64,000 nt of DNA from the NCBI GenBank assembly GCA_965201075.1, contig CBDAVP010000005.1, forward strand, positions 124,001 through 188,000, given 5' to 3'. Source of the stretch: Isosphaeraceae bacterium. GTDB lineage: Bacteria > Planctomycetota > Planctomycetia > Isosphaerales > Isosphaeraceae. Positions 43,649-53,245 of this stretch are shown piece after piece. The stretch's first letter is position 1. Every line of letters begins with the position of its first letter. The notes under the pieces are model-generated. The model was not told the DNA's origin and did no database searches. It saw nothing but the letters and a program-made list of their open reading frames with translations. The translations under genes and the position numbers were made by a program.

Positions 43649-44665
43649 TCAGGCCGTCTGGTAGCCGAGAGCGTACTTTTCGCGGCGGGCGAGTTCCAAG
43701 TCGTGATCGACCATCATCTTGACGAGTCCCTGGAGGTCGACTTCGGGTTCCCAGCCGAGCCGCTGCTTGGCCTTGCTCGGGTCGCCCAGCAGGACGTCGA
43801 CCTCGGAGGGGCGGGTGTAGCGGGGGTCGAACTCGACGAACTCCCGGTAGTCGAGGTCCAGGAGACCGAACGCCATCTCCAGGAACTGGTGGATCGAATA
43901 CGTCTCGCCGGTGGCGACGATGTAGTCATCCGGCTCGGGCTGCTGAAGCATCATCCACATGGCGCGGACATAATCCCCGGCGAAGCCCCAGTCGCGCCTG
44001 GAGTCGAGGTTGCCCATCACCAGCTTTTTCTGGAGCCCTTCCTTGATGCGAGTGGCACCCAGGGTGATCTTGCGGGTGACGAACGACTCGCCGCGGCGGG
44101 GGCTCTCGTGGTTGAACAGGATGCCCGAGCAGGCGAACAGGTTGTAGGCCTCGCGGTAGTTGACGGTTTGCCAGTGGGCATAAAGCTTGGCGCATGCGTA
44201 AGGACTGCGGGGGTGGAACGGCGTGGCCATCGTTTGGGGAGGGGCGGCCGAGCCGAACATCTCGGAACTGCTGGCCTGATAGAACTTCACCGACTGGCTG
44301 CGGGCGAGTTGGCGGACGGCTTCGAGCATCCGCAAGGTGCCCAGGCCCACGACGTCGGCGGTGTAGAGGGGTTGGTCAAAGGAGACGCGGACGTGGCTCT
44401 GGGCGCCGAGGTTGTAGACCTCGTCGGGACGCACCTGTTCCATCAGGGTCGAGAGGCTGGAGGCATCGGAAAGGTCGGCATAGTGGAGGTGAAAGCGGTC
44501 TCGGGCTTCGGGCATCTGGTGGAGGATCGGGTCGATGCGCTGGCGGTTCAGACTGCTGGAGCGGCGAACCAGCCCGTGGACGCAGTATTCGGGCTTGCCC
44601 AGGAGGAATTCGGCCAGGTAGGAGCCGTCCTGGCCCGTGATGCCGGTGATCAGGGCGTGCTTCAT
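43649..44665 (-). CDS. gmd: GDP-mannose 4,6-dehydratase
   Basis: [56 protein letters not shown]. Confidence 0.97.
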   Translation of the reverse strand: MKHALITGITGQDGSYLAEFLLGKPEYCVHGLVRRSSSLNRQRIDPILHQMPEARDRFHLHYADLSDASSLSTLMEQVRPDEVYNLGAQSHVRVSFDQPLYTADVVGLGTLRMLEAVRQLARSQSVKFYQASSSEMFGSAAPPQTMATPFHPRSPYACAKLYAHWQTVNYREAYNLFACSGILFNHESPRRGESFVTRKITLGATRIKEGLQKKLVMGNLDSRRDWGFAGDYVRAMWMMLQQPEPDDYIVATGETYSIHQFLEMAFGLLDLDYREFVEFDPRYTRPSEVDVLLGDPSKAKQRLGWEPEVDLQGLVKMMVDHDLELARREKYALGYQTA

Positions 44666-44778
44666 CGCGCAATCCTCAAGGTAATCCGGGCCGGGTCCGT
44701 TCCCGGTCCGCTCGACGACAAGGGGCGATCTCGGGGCGGGACCTGGGTGCGTCGCGTCAAGTCGAGTCCGGTGCGGCT

Positions 44779-45462
44779 TCAGGGGATGTGGTAGGGGGCA
44801 CGCTCGGCTGGGAGGATCGGGTCCAGGCCGGGCAGGAGGACCTCGGCGAAGTCGCGGAGGTCGTTGCCGTCGGCGTCGCCAGCCAGCGGGGCGAAGACCT
44901 CGACGGTCAGGCCCGACCCGCGTGTGGCCCTGCCGTGACTGCTCTTGCTGGTGATCGGCAGCGAGCGGACGTATCGCTCCACCGCCCCTTCACCGAAGAT
45001 GTAATACCAAAATCCGATTCGTTGGACCAGTTCCCCCTCGGCCTTGGCGTAGGCCAGGCGGCTCATCCGCAGGGGGGCGGAATTTTCTTCACCCAGCGGG
45101 ACGACGCGGCACTGGGCCTCGACCTTGGTCCAGCCGGCCGAGGGGAGGCATTTCTCGGGGGAGTGTCTCAGGTTCAAACCCGTGGTCGAGTAGTTCAGCC
45201 ACAGAGTGACGCGGCGGCCGGGCTGGCGACGGTCCTCGTAGACGCGGCTGAGACAGTCGTCGGCCTGGGCTTCTCGCAGGACGTCGTCGGCGACGGGCAG
45301 GTCGCGACCTTCCCAATCGCCCAGGCGGCTGGGCAAGGTCGCCAGGGGTTGCCTCAAGAGTGGGCGGGTCGTCGCCGTGGCGGCTTCCAGCGCAACCTGG
45401 CCCAGCAGGCCGGTGGCCAGGATGGTCGCTCCCAGGATCGTTCGGTGGATGGGGTTGTTCAA
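44779..45462 (-). CDS. epsI: EpsI-family exosortase-associated protein
   Basis: [35 protein letters not shown] start overlaps the exosortase stop (TTGA). Confidence 0.85.
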   Translation of the reverse strand: MNNPIHRTILGATILATGLLGQVALEAATATTRPLLRQPLATLPSRLGDWEGRDLPVADDVLREAQADDCLSRVYEDRRQPGRRVTLWLNYSTTGLNLRHSPEKCLPSAGWTKVEAQCRVVPLGEENSAPLRMSRLAYAKAEGELVQRIGFWYYIFGEGAVERYVRSLPITSKSSHGRATRGSGLTVEVFAPLAGDADGNDLRDFAEVLLPGLDPILPAERAPYHIP

Positions 45463-46487
45463 CGAGCGGCCTCCGGCAGAGGGAATCGGCCCAGGGACGG
45501 AGCGGCGGACCTCGTCAAGGCGACCTTCGCGACCGGTGGGACGGGCTCGATGTCGGCGACAAGAGCGTGGATCAATTGCCCCAACGCCTTCAATGCCCAG
45601 CATTCCCCGGCCAGCAGTGAGAGGCCGAAGCCCATCATCAGCAGCCCTTCCAGGGTGTGGAAGGTGCCGGCGGCCAGGGCCGGGTCATACGCCATGATCC
45701 AGCCGGTCAAGGTGACGCGGGCGATGTTGGCCGTCATGGCGACCGGGATGGCCGAGGCGACCAGCGCGGCTCTTTGCCAGGCGGGGCGGCTGCCGAGGTA
45801 GGCGACCGCCGTGGTCAGGGCGAGGAAGCCGGTCAGTTGCCGCATCCCGCTGCATGCCTCGGCCACGAACATGCGGACGTCGCCAGGCAGGGTCAGCAAG
45901 TTCCCCTCCCGTAACACCGGGATGCCGGTGGCGACGAGCAGCGCCGCCGCCACCCGGCTGACCAGCCCTTGAAGGGGGGAGGCGACCATCGTGTAGAGGG
46001 CCACCGGAAGCGGGATCATGAAGATCAGGAACGCCAGGGAGAAGGCGAACCTTCGCAACGCCATGGAGCCGGCCATCAACGCAACCAGGCCCGCGAGCCC
46101 CACAATCAGCGACACGTCGCCCACCAAGCCGATGGGGATGGCAACGGTCGCTAGCCGGCCAAGGGTCGCCAGGAGCAGCAGCGTCACGCCGGCCATGGTT
46201 CCGGAGCGGAAGGGGATGGGCCCTCGGCGGGCGGCCTCGTTGGCGAAATAGAGGGCGATGGCCGGGACGAGGAAGCCGTGGCTGTAGTTGTCGTCAGTCG
46301 ACCAGACGTGGACGAGTTGGCGGAGGTTGAGCCCGAAGAGCGTTCCGAGAAGTCCGAGGCAGGCGAGTCCGCCGAGCAAGGTGGGACGGCGGTCGGGGTC
46401 GTCCCAGCAGGATCGGAGAAGGGTCGTCAGCGGGGGCGAGTCCGGGGAGCTTGCGGTTCCGGGCTCGGGGGCCGTGAGCGGGTCCAT
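45459..46487 (-). CDS. Exosortase (EpsH/XrtA family)
   Basis: YSHGFLVP, FMIPLP, REGN, VAEACSGMR (catalytic Cys), ANIARV (Arg), FH (His). Confidence 0.93.
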   Translation of the reverse strand: MDPLTAPEPGTASSPDSPPLTTLLRSCWDDPDRRPTLLGGLACLGLLGTLFGLNLRQLVHVWSTDDNYSHGFLVPAIALYFANEAARRGPIPFRSGTMAGVTLLLLATLGRLATVAIPIGLVGDVSLIVGLAGLVALMAGSMALRRFAFSLAFLIFMIPLPVALYTMVASPLQGLVSRVAAALLVATGIPVLREGNLLTLPGDVRMFVAEACSGMRQLTGFLALTTAVAYLGSRPAWQRAALVASAIPVAMTANIARVTLTGWIMAYDPALAAGTFHTLEGLLMMGFGLSLLAGECWALKALGQLIHALVADIEPVPPVAKVALTRSAAPSLGRFPLPEAAR

Positions 46488-46594
46488 GCGGTCGGCTCCT
46501 CCTCCTTGATGATGGCTCGGCGGCCGGTCGCGGGCGTCCTGCCCGGTTTGGTGGGGAATGACTTGGGTGGATAGGTCTTGCGGTTGGCTCGGTC

Positions 46595-49066
46595 TCAGCG
46601 GCTCCGGGCGATCGTGGCGACGGGGCGGTCGGCGCCGGCTCGGGCCCGGGCCTCGGCGACCTGGCGGGTAATTTCGTCGCCGGGGCCTCCCCCTCGGGCG
46701 GCGTCCCAGGCGGCCTGACGGCGGGCGTCGTCGTGCAAGCGAGAGCAGGCTTCGGCCAGGTTGAACGACCAGGCTCTGCGCGACAGGCCGTCGGTCGTCT
46801 CGGCGATGGCCCGGGTGTATTCGGTGGTCGCCTCCTCGGTCCGCCCTTTGAGGATGAGGGCCTCGGCGCGGGCGGCACGACCCACGGGGGAGCCGTCGGC
46901 GAGGGCCAGAGCCGCGTCGAGCGCCGGTTCGGCCTCGATCCGGCCAAGTTCTCGCAGAATCCGGGCGGCGACCAGCGGCGCGACGCCGGACTTGGGCAGC
47001 GCCGACTGCCAGCGGTCGAAGGTCCAGCCGGGCTGAGCGGCGAGTTCCCGGAGGATCGGCTCGACCAGCTCCTCGCCGGGCAGCGCCATGCGGCGGGAGG
47101 AACCGTCGCCGATGGGTCGTGGCGGGGACTGTTCGGCCTCGGGCGTGGCCGCGACGAGAGCCAGGGCCGCCCGGTAGGCGTTGAGGGCAGGTTCAACCTT
47201 GCCGGCCTCGGCGAGCTTGCGGCCGGTCCAGGTCAGCGAGGCGACGTCCCGGCTGAGGCCCAGGCTCTCGGCCAGGGGGCCGGGAGTTCCCCCAAGTCCG
47301 GCGGCCTGGGCGCGAGCCAGGCGGGTGGCGGCGTGGGCGGGGGCTGAGCCTTGAGCCGATCGTAGGAGGTTGGGGACCTGCTCGCGGGCTTCGGCCCCGG
47401 CTCGGTCGGCCAGGGCCGCCTTCCAGAGCAGGTGGCCGGCGGTGGTTCGCCACCAGGGGGCTTCGCCGCCCGTCTCGGCCAGCAGCGCCTCGGCTTCCTG
47501 AGCGTCGGGACCGTCTCCCGGAGCGAGCAACCGATCGGCCATTCGGCCCGCGGCCTGGTCGTCGCGGGCCCAGGCCCAGGACAGGCCCAGACCGGCCACG
47601 CCGACGATTGCCGCCGCCGCCACGCTGGGCCCCCAAAGCCAACCGGGGGCGGGGATCGTCCAGTGGCCCGGGGCTCGGGCGGCCGTGGGCGTCGGCGCCT
47701 CGGGGCGCCGCTTTCGAGAACGGGGGCCGGACGCGGCCTGGGCGGGGTGGGGTCGTTGGCGGGGGCCGATCATCGTGCGGGCCGAAGGCCAGGCGGGCGT
47801 GGCGTCCTCGACCTCGACCTCGACGGAGGTTCCCGCTTCGTCCAGAACGATCGGCTCGTCCGTGGTGACGCCCGGTTCGTCGAAGGCAACGTCGATCGGC
47901 TCGGGCTCCGTCGCGATCAATGTCGACATCGGCGGGGTGGGCAGCGTGAAGGTGGGGATGGCGTCGGCCCCCGCCGGGTTGGCCATCGTCAGCGGGGCTT
48001 CCATCATCAACTTGAGGAGAACGCCGAAGTCGATGCCTGGCACGTCGGCGATCGGTTCGGCCACCGGCTCCTCGACAGGCAGTCCAACGCTGGCCACCCC
48101 CAGGCTCGCCCGATTCCGTCGGCGACGGGCCGGCTGGGCGGGGGCCACGGTTTCGGGCTGAACCACCACGGACGCCGCGATTTCGACTTCCGCCGGGTGG
48201 CCGCCGGACTCGGGCGTGGGCTCCGCGATTGTCGGAACCATCGCGGCGAGAGTCTCGGCGACGGGGACGCTCTCGGCCTCGACCCGTGGCTCCGCGGCAC
48301 GAGCGACCGGTTCGGCTTCCCTGACGATTTCCTCGACGGGCGTGGCGATCTCGCGAACTTCTGGGGCGAGGAAACTCGGAGGTGAACGGAATTCCACACG
48401 TAGGGCAGCGATCGTCGCCGGCTCGGCGGCCGGTCCTTCCTCAATCCGAGGCTTGCGAGCGATTCGAGCATGCGGAGGGAACGAGCCGGCAGTCGCGTCA
48501 CGAACGGTAGGAAGCGGCCGGGCCGCGGCGTTGGCACGGGGAGGCGGTGTCGAATCCTGAGACTTGGCCTTGAGTTGCGCTCCGGCGGCCTTCCAGCGGG
48601 CGGCCCAGCGACGCTCGCGAAGGCCGGCGTCAAGACGTCGCTCGCGGTCGGCGATCCGGTCCCCCCAGGATGGAGTGGCCGCGTCGGTCGCGAAGCGCTC
48701 GTCGAGTGGCGAGACCTCTGACTCTTGCGAGGCCGAGGAAGTCCAATCCGTCAAACCCGGCCGGTCGATCGGGCGGAGACTCAGCCAGTGGTCGCCGACC
48801 TGGAATTCCATTTCCAGCGGGATCGGCCGGGTCTGCTCGACGGCTCGGCCTTGAAGGGAAATACGGCCGGGGGGCCCGATGGGCTGGACGTGCCAGGTTT
48901 GGCCTCGGCGGCGAAGCATGCACTGCACGTCGGCCAGGGGCGAGCCGCCGAGCTTGACCTCGCACTGGTCGCCTCGGCCGATGCGGAGCGACGACCCCTC
49001 GACCTCGATCCGTCGCGACGGGCCGGCGTCGCGGGAGCGGACCTCCAGGACGATCGATTCCGACAT
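46595..49066 (-). CDS. Membrane protein with N-terminal FHA-like domain, low-complexity linker and C-terminal TPR-like repeats
   Basis: LRIGRGDQCEVKL...LQGRAV..EFQVGDHWL; TM near aa 480-500; Ala-rich TPR-like helices. Confidence 0.7.
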   Translation of the reverse strand: MSESIVLEVRSRDAGPSRRIEVEGSSLRIGRGDQCEVKLGGSPLADVQCMLRRRGQTWHVQPIGPPGRISLQGRAVEQTRPIPLEMEFQVGDHWLSLRPIDRPGLTDWTSSASQESEVSPLDERFATDAATPSWGDRIADRERRLDAGLRERRWAARWKAAGAQLKAKSQDSTPPPRANAAARPLPTVRDATAGSFPPHARIARKPRIEEGPAAEPATIAALRVEFRSPPSFLAPEVREIATPVEEIVREAEPVARAAEPRVEAESVPVAETLAAMVPTIAEPTPESGGHPAEVEIAASVVVQPETVAPAQPARRRRNRASLGVASVGLPVEEPVAEPIADVPGIDFGVLLKLMMEAPLTMANPAGADAIPTFTLPTPPMSTLIATEPEPIDVAFDEPGVTTDEPIVLDEAGTSVEVEVEDATPAWPSARTMIGPRQRPHPAQAASGPRSRKRRPEAPTPTAARAPGHWTIPAPGWLWGPSVAAAAIVGVAGLGLSWAWARDDQAAGRMADRLLAPGDGPDAQEAEALLAETGGEAPWWRTTAGHLLWKAALADRAGAEAREQVPNLLRSAQGSAPAHAATRLARAQAAGLGGTPGPLAESLGLSRDVASLTWTGRKLAEAGKVEPALNAYRAALALVAATPEAEQSPPRPIGDGSSRRMALPGEELVEPILRELAAQPGWTFDRWQSALPKSGVAPLVAARILRELGRIEAEPALDAALALADGSPVGRAARAEALILKGRTEEATTEYTRAIAETTDGLSRRAWSFNLAEACSRLHDDARRQAAWDAARGGGPGDEITRQVAEARARAGADRPVATIARSR

Positions 49067-49221
49067 TGGGGAGGCTCCTCCATGAACCTTGGCGGACCGA
49101 GGGCCTTCCGGGTCAGTGGCGACCTCGGGATGGGCGTGTTGCGAGCACTATGACAAGGCGCCCCTGTGAATTTCAAGGAAAAAATCCCCCAAAATTCCGA
49201 GGCACCGGCTTTTGGGGTGGG

Positions 49222-50775
49222 TCAGGTCTCCTCGACGAACTGGTCCGTGCCCCCCGCGAACCAGCGGTCGCAGGTGGCCGCGACGGCGGTGGCCGACAGA
49301 GCCACGGCGGTCAACTGGACGGTCCAGTGGAGGACCGAGACCACGGCGAAGCAGCCCAGGGCGCCCACAAGCCCCCAGGCCAGCGGCCGGTCGGCCGAGC
49401 CGACCCGGCCCAGGGCGCGAGGCAAGCGAACGATGACCCAGAGGCCCGCCGCCGCCAGCAAGACCATTCCCGCGGCGCCGGCCTCGGCCCACCACTGGAA
49501 GAGGCTGCTGAGAGCGGTCGTCGGGGCGGCCGAGGTTTCCTTGTAAAAGGCGTGGATGGTCGGGAAGCTGCCCAGGCCCGCTCCAATCAGGGGGAAGTCG
49601 CGAGCGATGCGGGCGGCCTCTTTCCAGGTGCGGACCGAATGGGACCAGTCGGCCCGCGCCGCCAGTGGGGCCAGGCCCGAGGGGCGGATACCGGCCTCTC
49701 CCAGGGCGATCCCCGCGCCCAGGCCGCCCAGCATCAGGAGCGTCAGGGCCGGCGCGGCGCCTCGGAGCCCCGTGCCTCGGGCGGCGGGCAGTCCGGCGGC
49801 GATCAGTCCCAGGGCGAAGACGCCTCCCAGAACCGGCCCGGCCATCAGGCCCGCCAGGGTCGCCCCCAGAACCGTCGCGGCGACCAGGAGGGTGAGCGTC
49901 CCCCCCTGCCCGGAGTGCTTCAAGCGGTCACGAAGCCGTTCGCGACTGCCTCTCGGCGCGACCTGTTGCAGGGCCAGGGCCAGACCCAGCGGCAGCGCCA
50001 GGGCTCCCAACGCCAGATAGGCGCCAGGGCCTCCCATCAGGGTGCCAGTCAGGAATGGGTGGCCGGGGCGGGGCAGCGTCCAGGATTCGGGGGCGGGGCG
50101 GGGGACCAGGACATTCTCGCCGGGGCTGGCCAGGAGGTCATCGCCGGAAGGGGCCCAGGCCGGGCCCTGGCCGGGCTCGATGGCGCCGAAGAGGCTGCCC
50201 GAGCCCCCGGCCAGTTGCACCAGGACAATCGCCGTGTTCAACCCGAATGCCGCGACCACGCTGCCCCAAACCAGTCTCAGGCGGCTGAGTCGGTCGGTGG
50301 CGTGGGCGACGACCAGGAACAGGGCGAACGTCGCGACGCCGCCGACCAACCAACGAAGCGTGGCCGGACGGTCGAGCGTGGCGGAGGAGCGGCCCCCCAT
50401 CGGCTCGGGAACTTCGGTGGCCGGGTCATCAGCGCGGGCGAGTTCCGGGGTAATGCCCCGTGAGTGCCAGTCCCGGGAGCGGGGCGAGAGCCGTCCGGCC
50501 AATGACGCGGGCAGCGGGGCCAATTGCACAACCGCCAGCAGCAGGACCAAGGCTCCGAGGATCGGGGTCGGGCTTTTGTTGATCCGCCAGGTGCCTTCCA
50601 GGCCCGTGCGGACAACCCAGCAGCCGCCCAAGAGCATCACCAGGGCGGCGACGGTGGGGCGGGCCCACCAGGTGGCGCCTCCGAAGGCCAGGGCCGTGCC
50701 GAGCAGGATCGTGACCAGCAGGGCCGCGAGCAGTCGGTCGGTCGCCGAGAGCAGGCGTATGCGTAGATGATGCAC
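49222..50775 (-). CDS. O-antigen ligase / Wzy_C-family membrane protein
   Basis: Many TMs; RTWKEAARIARDFPLIGAGLGSF..., LFQWWAEAG, SVLHW; GTG start 50775. Confidence 0.8.
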   Translation of the reverse strand: MHHLRIRLLSATDRLLAALLVTILLGTALAFGGATWWARPTVAALVMLLGGCWVVRTGLEGTWRINKSPTPILGALVLLLAVVQLAPLPASLAGRLSPRSRDWHSRGITPELARADDPATEVPEPMGGRSSATLDRPATLRWLVGGVATFALFLVVAHATDRLSRLRLVWGSVVAAFGLNTAIVLVQLAGGSGSLFGAIEPGQGPAWAPSGDDLLASPGENVLVPRPAPESWTLPRPGHPFLTGTLMGGPGAYLALGALALPLGLALALQQVAPRGSRERLRDRLKHSGQGGTLTLLVAATVLGATLAGLMAGPVLGGVFALGLIAAGLPAARGTGLRGAAPALTLLMLGGLGAGIALGEAGIRPSGLAPLAARADWSHSVRTWKEAARIARDFPLIGAGLGSFPTIHAFYKETSAAPTTALSSLFQWWAEAGAAGMVLLAAAGLWVIVRLPRALGRVGSADRPLAWGLVGALGCFAVVSVLHWTVQLTAVALSATAVAATCDRWFAGGTDQFVEET

Positions 50776-50818
50776 CGGGAAAACTCCGGCTCGGGGCCCG
50801 GGGGAGAAACGATTGCGA

Positions 50819-53137
50819 TCAGGAAAGGCCCGAGGTCCCGGCGACGAGCGCTTCGTCGGCGGGGGCGTCGAGGCCGCGGGGTGTCGGGCCGGCGGCGGAT
50901 CGGGCCGGAAGTCCGTCGTTGCCGTAGCTCGACCAGTTTTCGTAATCCTCGGCCACACCGTTGAAGGCGATCCCTGCCAGTGTCACCTGTGACTGCGCCA
51001 GCATCGCCTTGGCCCGTTGAAGAGGCTTCAGCTCATGGGCTCCCGAGCGAACCACGAGGACCGCGGCGTCGACCATCCGGCCCAGCATCCGGCAGTCGGC
51101 CAGGCCGAGCACCGCCGGGCCATCGAGGATGACCCGGTCGTAGTGGCCCGAAAGCGCGGCCAGGAGCTGGCGGAGTTCCAGGGTGCCGAGGACTTCGATG
51201 GGGACATCGGAGGGGTCGCCGGTGGGGAGGAAGTCCAGCAGAGGTATGTCAGTATGGACCACGGCGCGTTGCCAGGGCATGTCGCCGCGAAGGATGTCCA
51301 CGAGACCAGCGTGGTAACTGTCTCCCTGGAGGAAGACGGGGCCAAGGCTGGGGCGACGGAGGTCAATATCCAGCAGGAGGGTCCGTTCTCCGGATTTGGC
51401 GCAGGTGGCGGCGAGATTCAGGGCGGTGGTGCTCTTGCCCTCGCCGGCCTTGGCGCTGGTAACCAGCAGGGTGACGATTGGTCCCCGGGGGCCGGAGAGG
51501 CCCAGGAGGCCAGCGCGCAGGTTGCGGAAGGCGTCGGCCTCGATCGAGCGGGGAGCGCCTGCGGTCCAGAGGTGGCCGCCCCGGTGGATGCCCGCCAGAC
51601 GCTTCATGCGGGGGATGACTCCCAGCAACGGCAGGGTCAGGCCGGCGGTGAGGTGTTCGGGGACCTTGACCGAGTGGTCGAGGAATTCCAAAAGCATCAC
51701 AAGTCCCGAACCCAGGGCGATCCCCAGGACGATGAAGGCCGCGATCAGCATCGTCCGTTTGGGACGGACCGGAGCGGTCGGCTCGACGGCTCGGGATTCG
51801 ACGTGAATCGGCGCGTTCTGGGTCTTGGCCAGCATGTCGAAGGCGGCCAGGCGCTCGACAGTGGTGGCGATCTCCAGGACCTTGCGTTCGCGGTCGGCCA
51901 GCAGCGTCAGATAGGACTGGTGTTCGGGGGCGGTTTCCTTCAGCTCGCCCAGAATCTCGTCGGCCTGCCGTTCAAGCGACTGGATGTCGGCCTCGGCGTG
52001 GCGCATGGCCAGGGCGGTGGCGTCGACGGCGGGGGTGGGCCTGGGGATGCGGCGCCGGAGGTCGGCGATCTCGGCCTCGATGTCCTCGATCTCGCCGCGA
52101 ACGTGACGGTACGAGGGGTCGCTGCGCGGGACCAGTCGGCGGGCCTTCGTCTCTCGCTTTTGCAGGAGAGCCTTCTCCTTGGCCAGGACGCCGATCTGCA
52201 ACTCCAGGGGCGACTGGGCCACGGGGCTTTTCGGGGTGGGCCGGAGTTTGGCGAGACGCTCGGTGAACAGAAGGTCATCGTAACGGGCCCGCTTCTGGGA
52301 CAGCAGGGTTGCCATCGCAGTGTAGCGGGACTCGACGAGGTTGACCCCGCCGGGAGCGAGGGCAATGGTTCCGGTCAACTTATGGCGGATCTGTTCGTCG
52401 ATGGCGTCCTTCTCACTCTTCATTTTCTCCAGGTTCTGGCCGGCCAGGCGGATCGATTTGTCGATCTTCTTGAGATTCTCAGCCTCGGCGCCACTGGCGA
52501 AGAGTTCCAGCAGGACGTTAAGGAGCTTGGCGACCCGCTCGGGGTTCTTTCCCTCCAGGGAAACCTCATAGGCGTTGGTCGCCGGCAGGAGCGGGCGACT
52601 CGTCAGGTTAGCGAGGAGGTCGGAGGCGGGGTCGCCGATGCCGGGCTCGGGCAGGTCGGCCACCTGGGGGTCGTTGACGGCTCGCTCGGCCAGGCCCTTG
52701 CTGCCCCTCAGCAAGGCCATGAGGTTGGGGACATAAGTCTCGACGGTCCGGTCGTGGAGGTTTCCCACGGCGCCGTTGGGGATGATGATCGCCAGGGCGG
52801 GGTCGCCCTGCGGGGGGTCGATCTTGATCTGCGACGATGTCTTGTAGACGTTGGGTTGGCGCACCACCCAGACCGACCCCGCGACACCAACCAACAAAGC
52901 CACGGCCAACGACAGGGCCGGCCGACGACGCAAGGCTCGCAAGTAGTCGCCGGGTGACTTGTGGGACGGACCTTGCGTGTGAGGATGCTGAGGCGGCGGC
53001 GGAGCGAACGCGGAGGTTGGGTGGGCGAGGTGGCCGGCGGATGGCCCCCCCGTCGTCGAGGGCCAGGTCGACGGTGTCGGGGCGACGCCGCCGACGCCAC
53101 CGTGGCCGGGTTGGAGGATTCGGTCCATGAATCGCAC
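50819..53137 (-). CDS. Polysaccharide co-polymerase / tyrosine autokinase (Wzc-like)
   Basis: TM-coiled coil-PVRPK-TM; ADAFRNLR, SAKAGEGKST (Walker A), DIDLRRP, ILDGP. Confidence 0.93.
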   Translation of the reverse strand: MRFMDRILQPGHGGVGGVAPTPSTWPSTTGGPSAGHLAHPTSAFAPPPPQHPHTQGPSHKSPGDYLRALRRRPALSLAVALLVGVAGSVWVVRQPNVYKTSSQIKIDPPQGDPALAIIIPNGAVGNLHDRTVETYVPNLMALLRGSKGLAERAVNDPQVADLPEPGIGDPASDLLANLTSRPLLPATNAYEVSLEGKNPERVAKLLNVLLELFASGAEAENLKKIDKSIRLAGQNLEKMKSEKDAIDEQIRHKLTGTIALAPGGVNLVESRYTAMATLLSQKRARYDDLLFTERLAKLRPTPKSPVAQSPLELQIGVLAKEKALLQKRETKARRLVPRSDPSYRHVRGEIEDIEAEIADLRRRIPRPTPAVDATALAMRHAEADIQSLERQADEILGELKETAPEHQSYLTLLADRERKVLEIATTVERLAAFDMLAKTQNAPIHVESRAVEPTAPVRPKRTMLIAAFIVLGIALGSGLVMLLEFLDHSVKVPEHLTAGLTLPLLGVIPRMKRLAGIHRGGHLWTAGAPRSIEADAFRNLRAGLLGLSGPRGPIVTLLVTSAKAGEGKSTTALNLAATCAKSGERTLLLDIDLRRPSLGPVFLQGDSYHAGLVDILRGDMPWQRAVVHTDIPLLDFLPTGDPSDVPIEVLGTLELRQLLAALSGHYDRVILDGPAVLGLADCRMLGRMVDAAVLVVRSGAHELKPLQRAKAMLAQSQVTLAGIAFNGVAEDYENWSSYGNDGLPARSAAGPTPRGLDAPADEALVAGTSGLS

Positions 53138-53245
53138 CTCATCCTAAGGAGTCGTCCTTGATCCTTGGCAGCGACGAGCCGGAAATGTCGAGGGAGTTGA
53201 CCCTTCCAGGGCGATCCCTCGACGGCCCGCGATTTGACCGACTCG

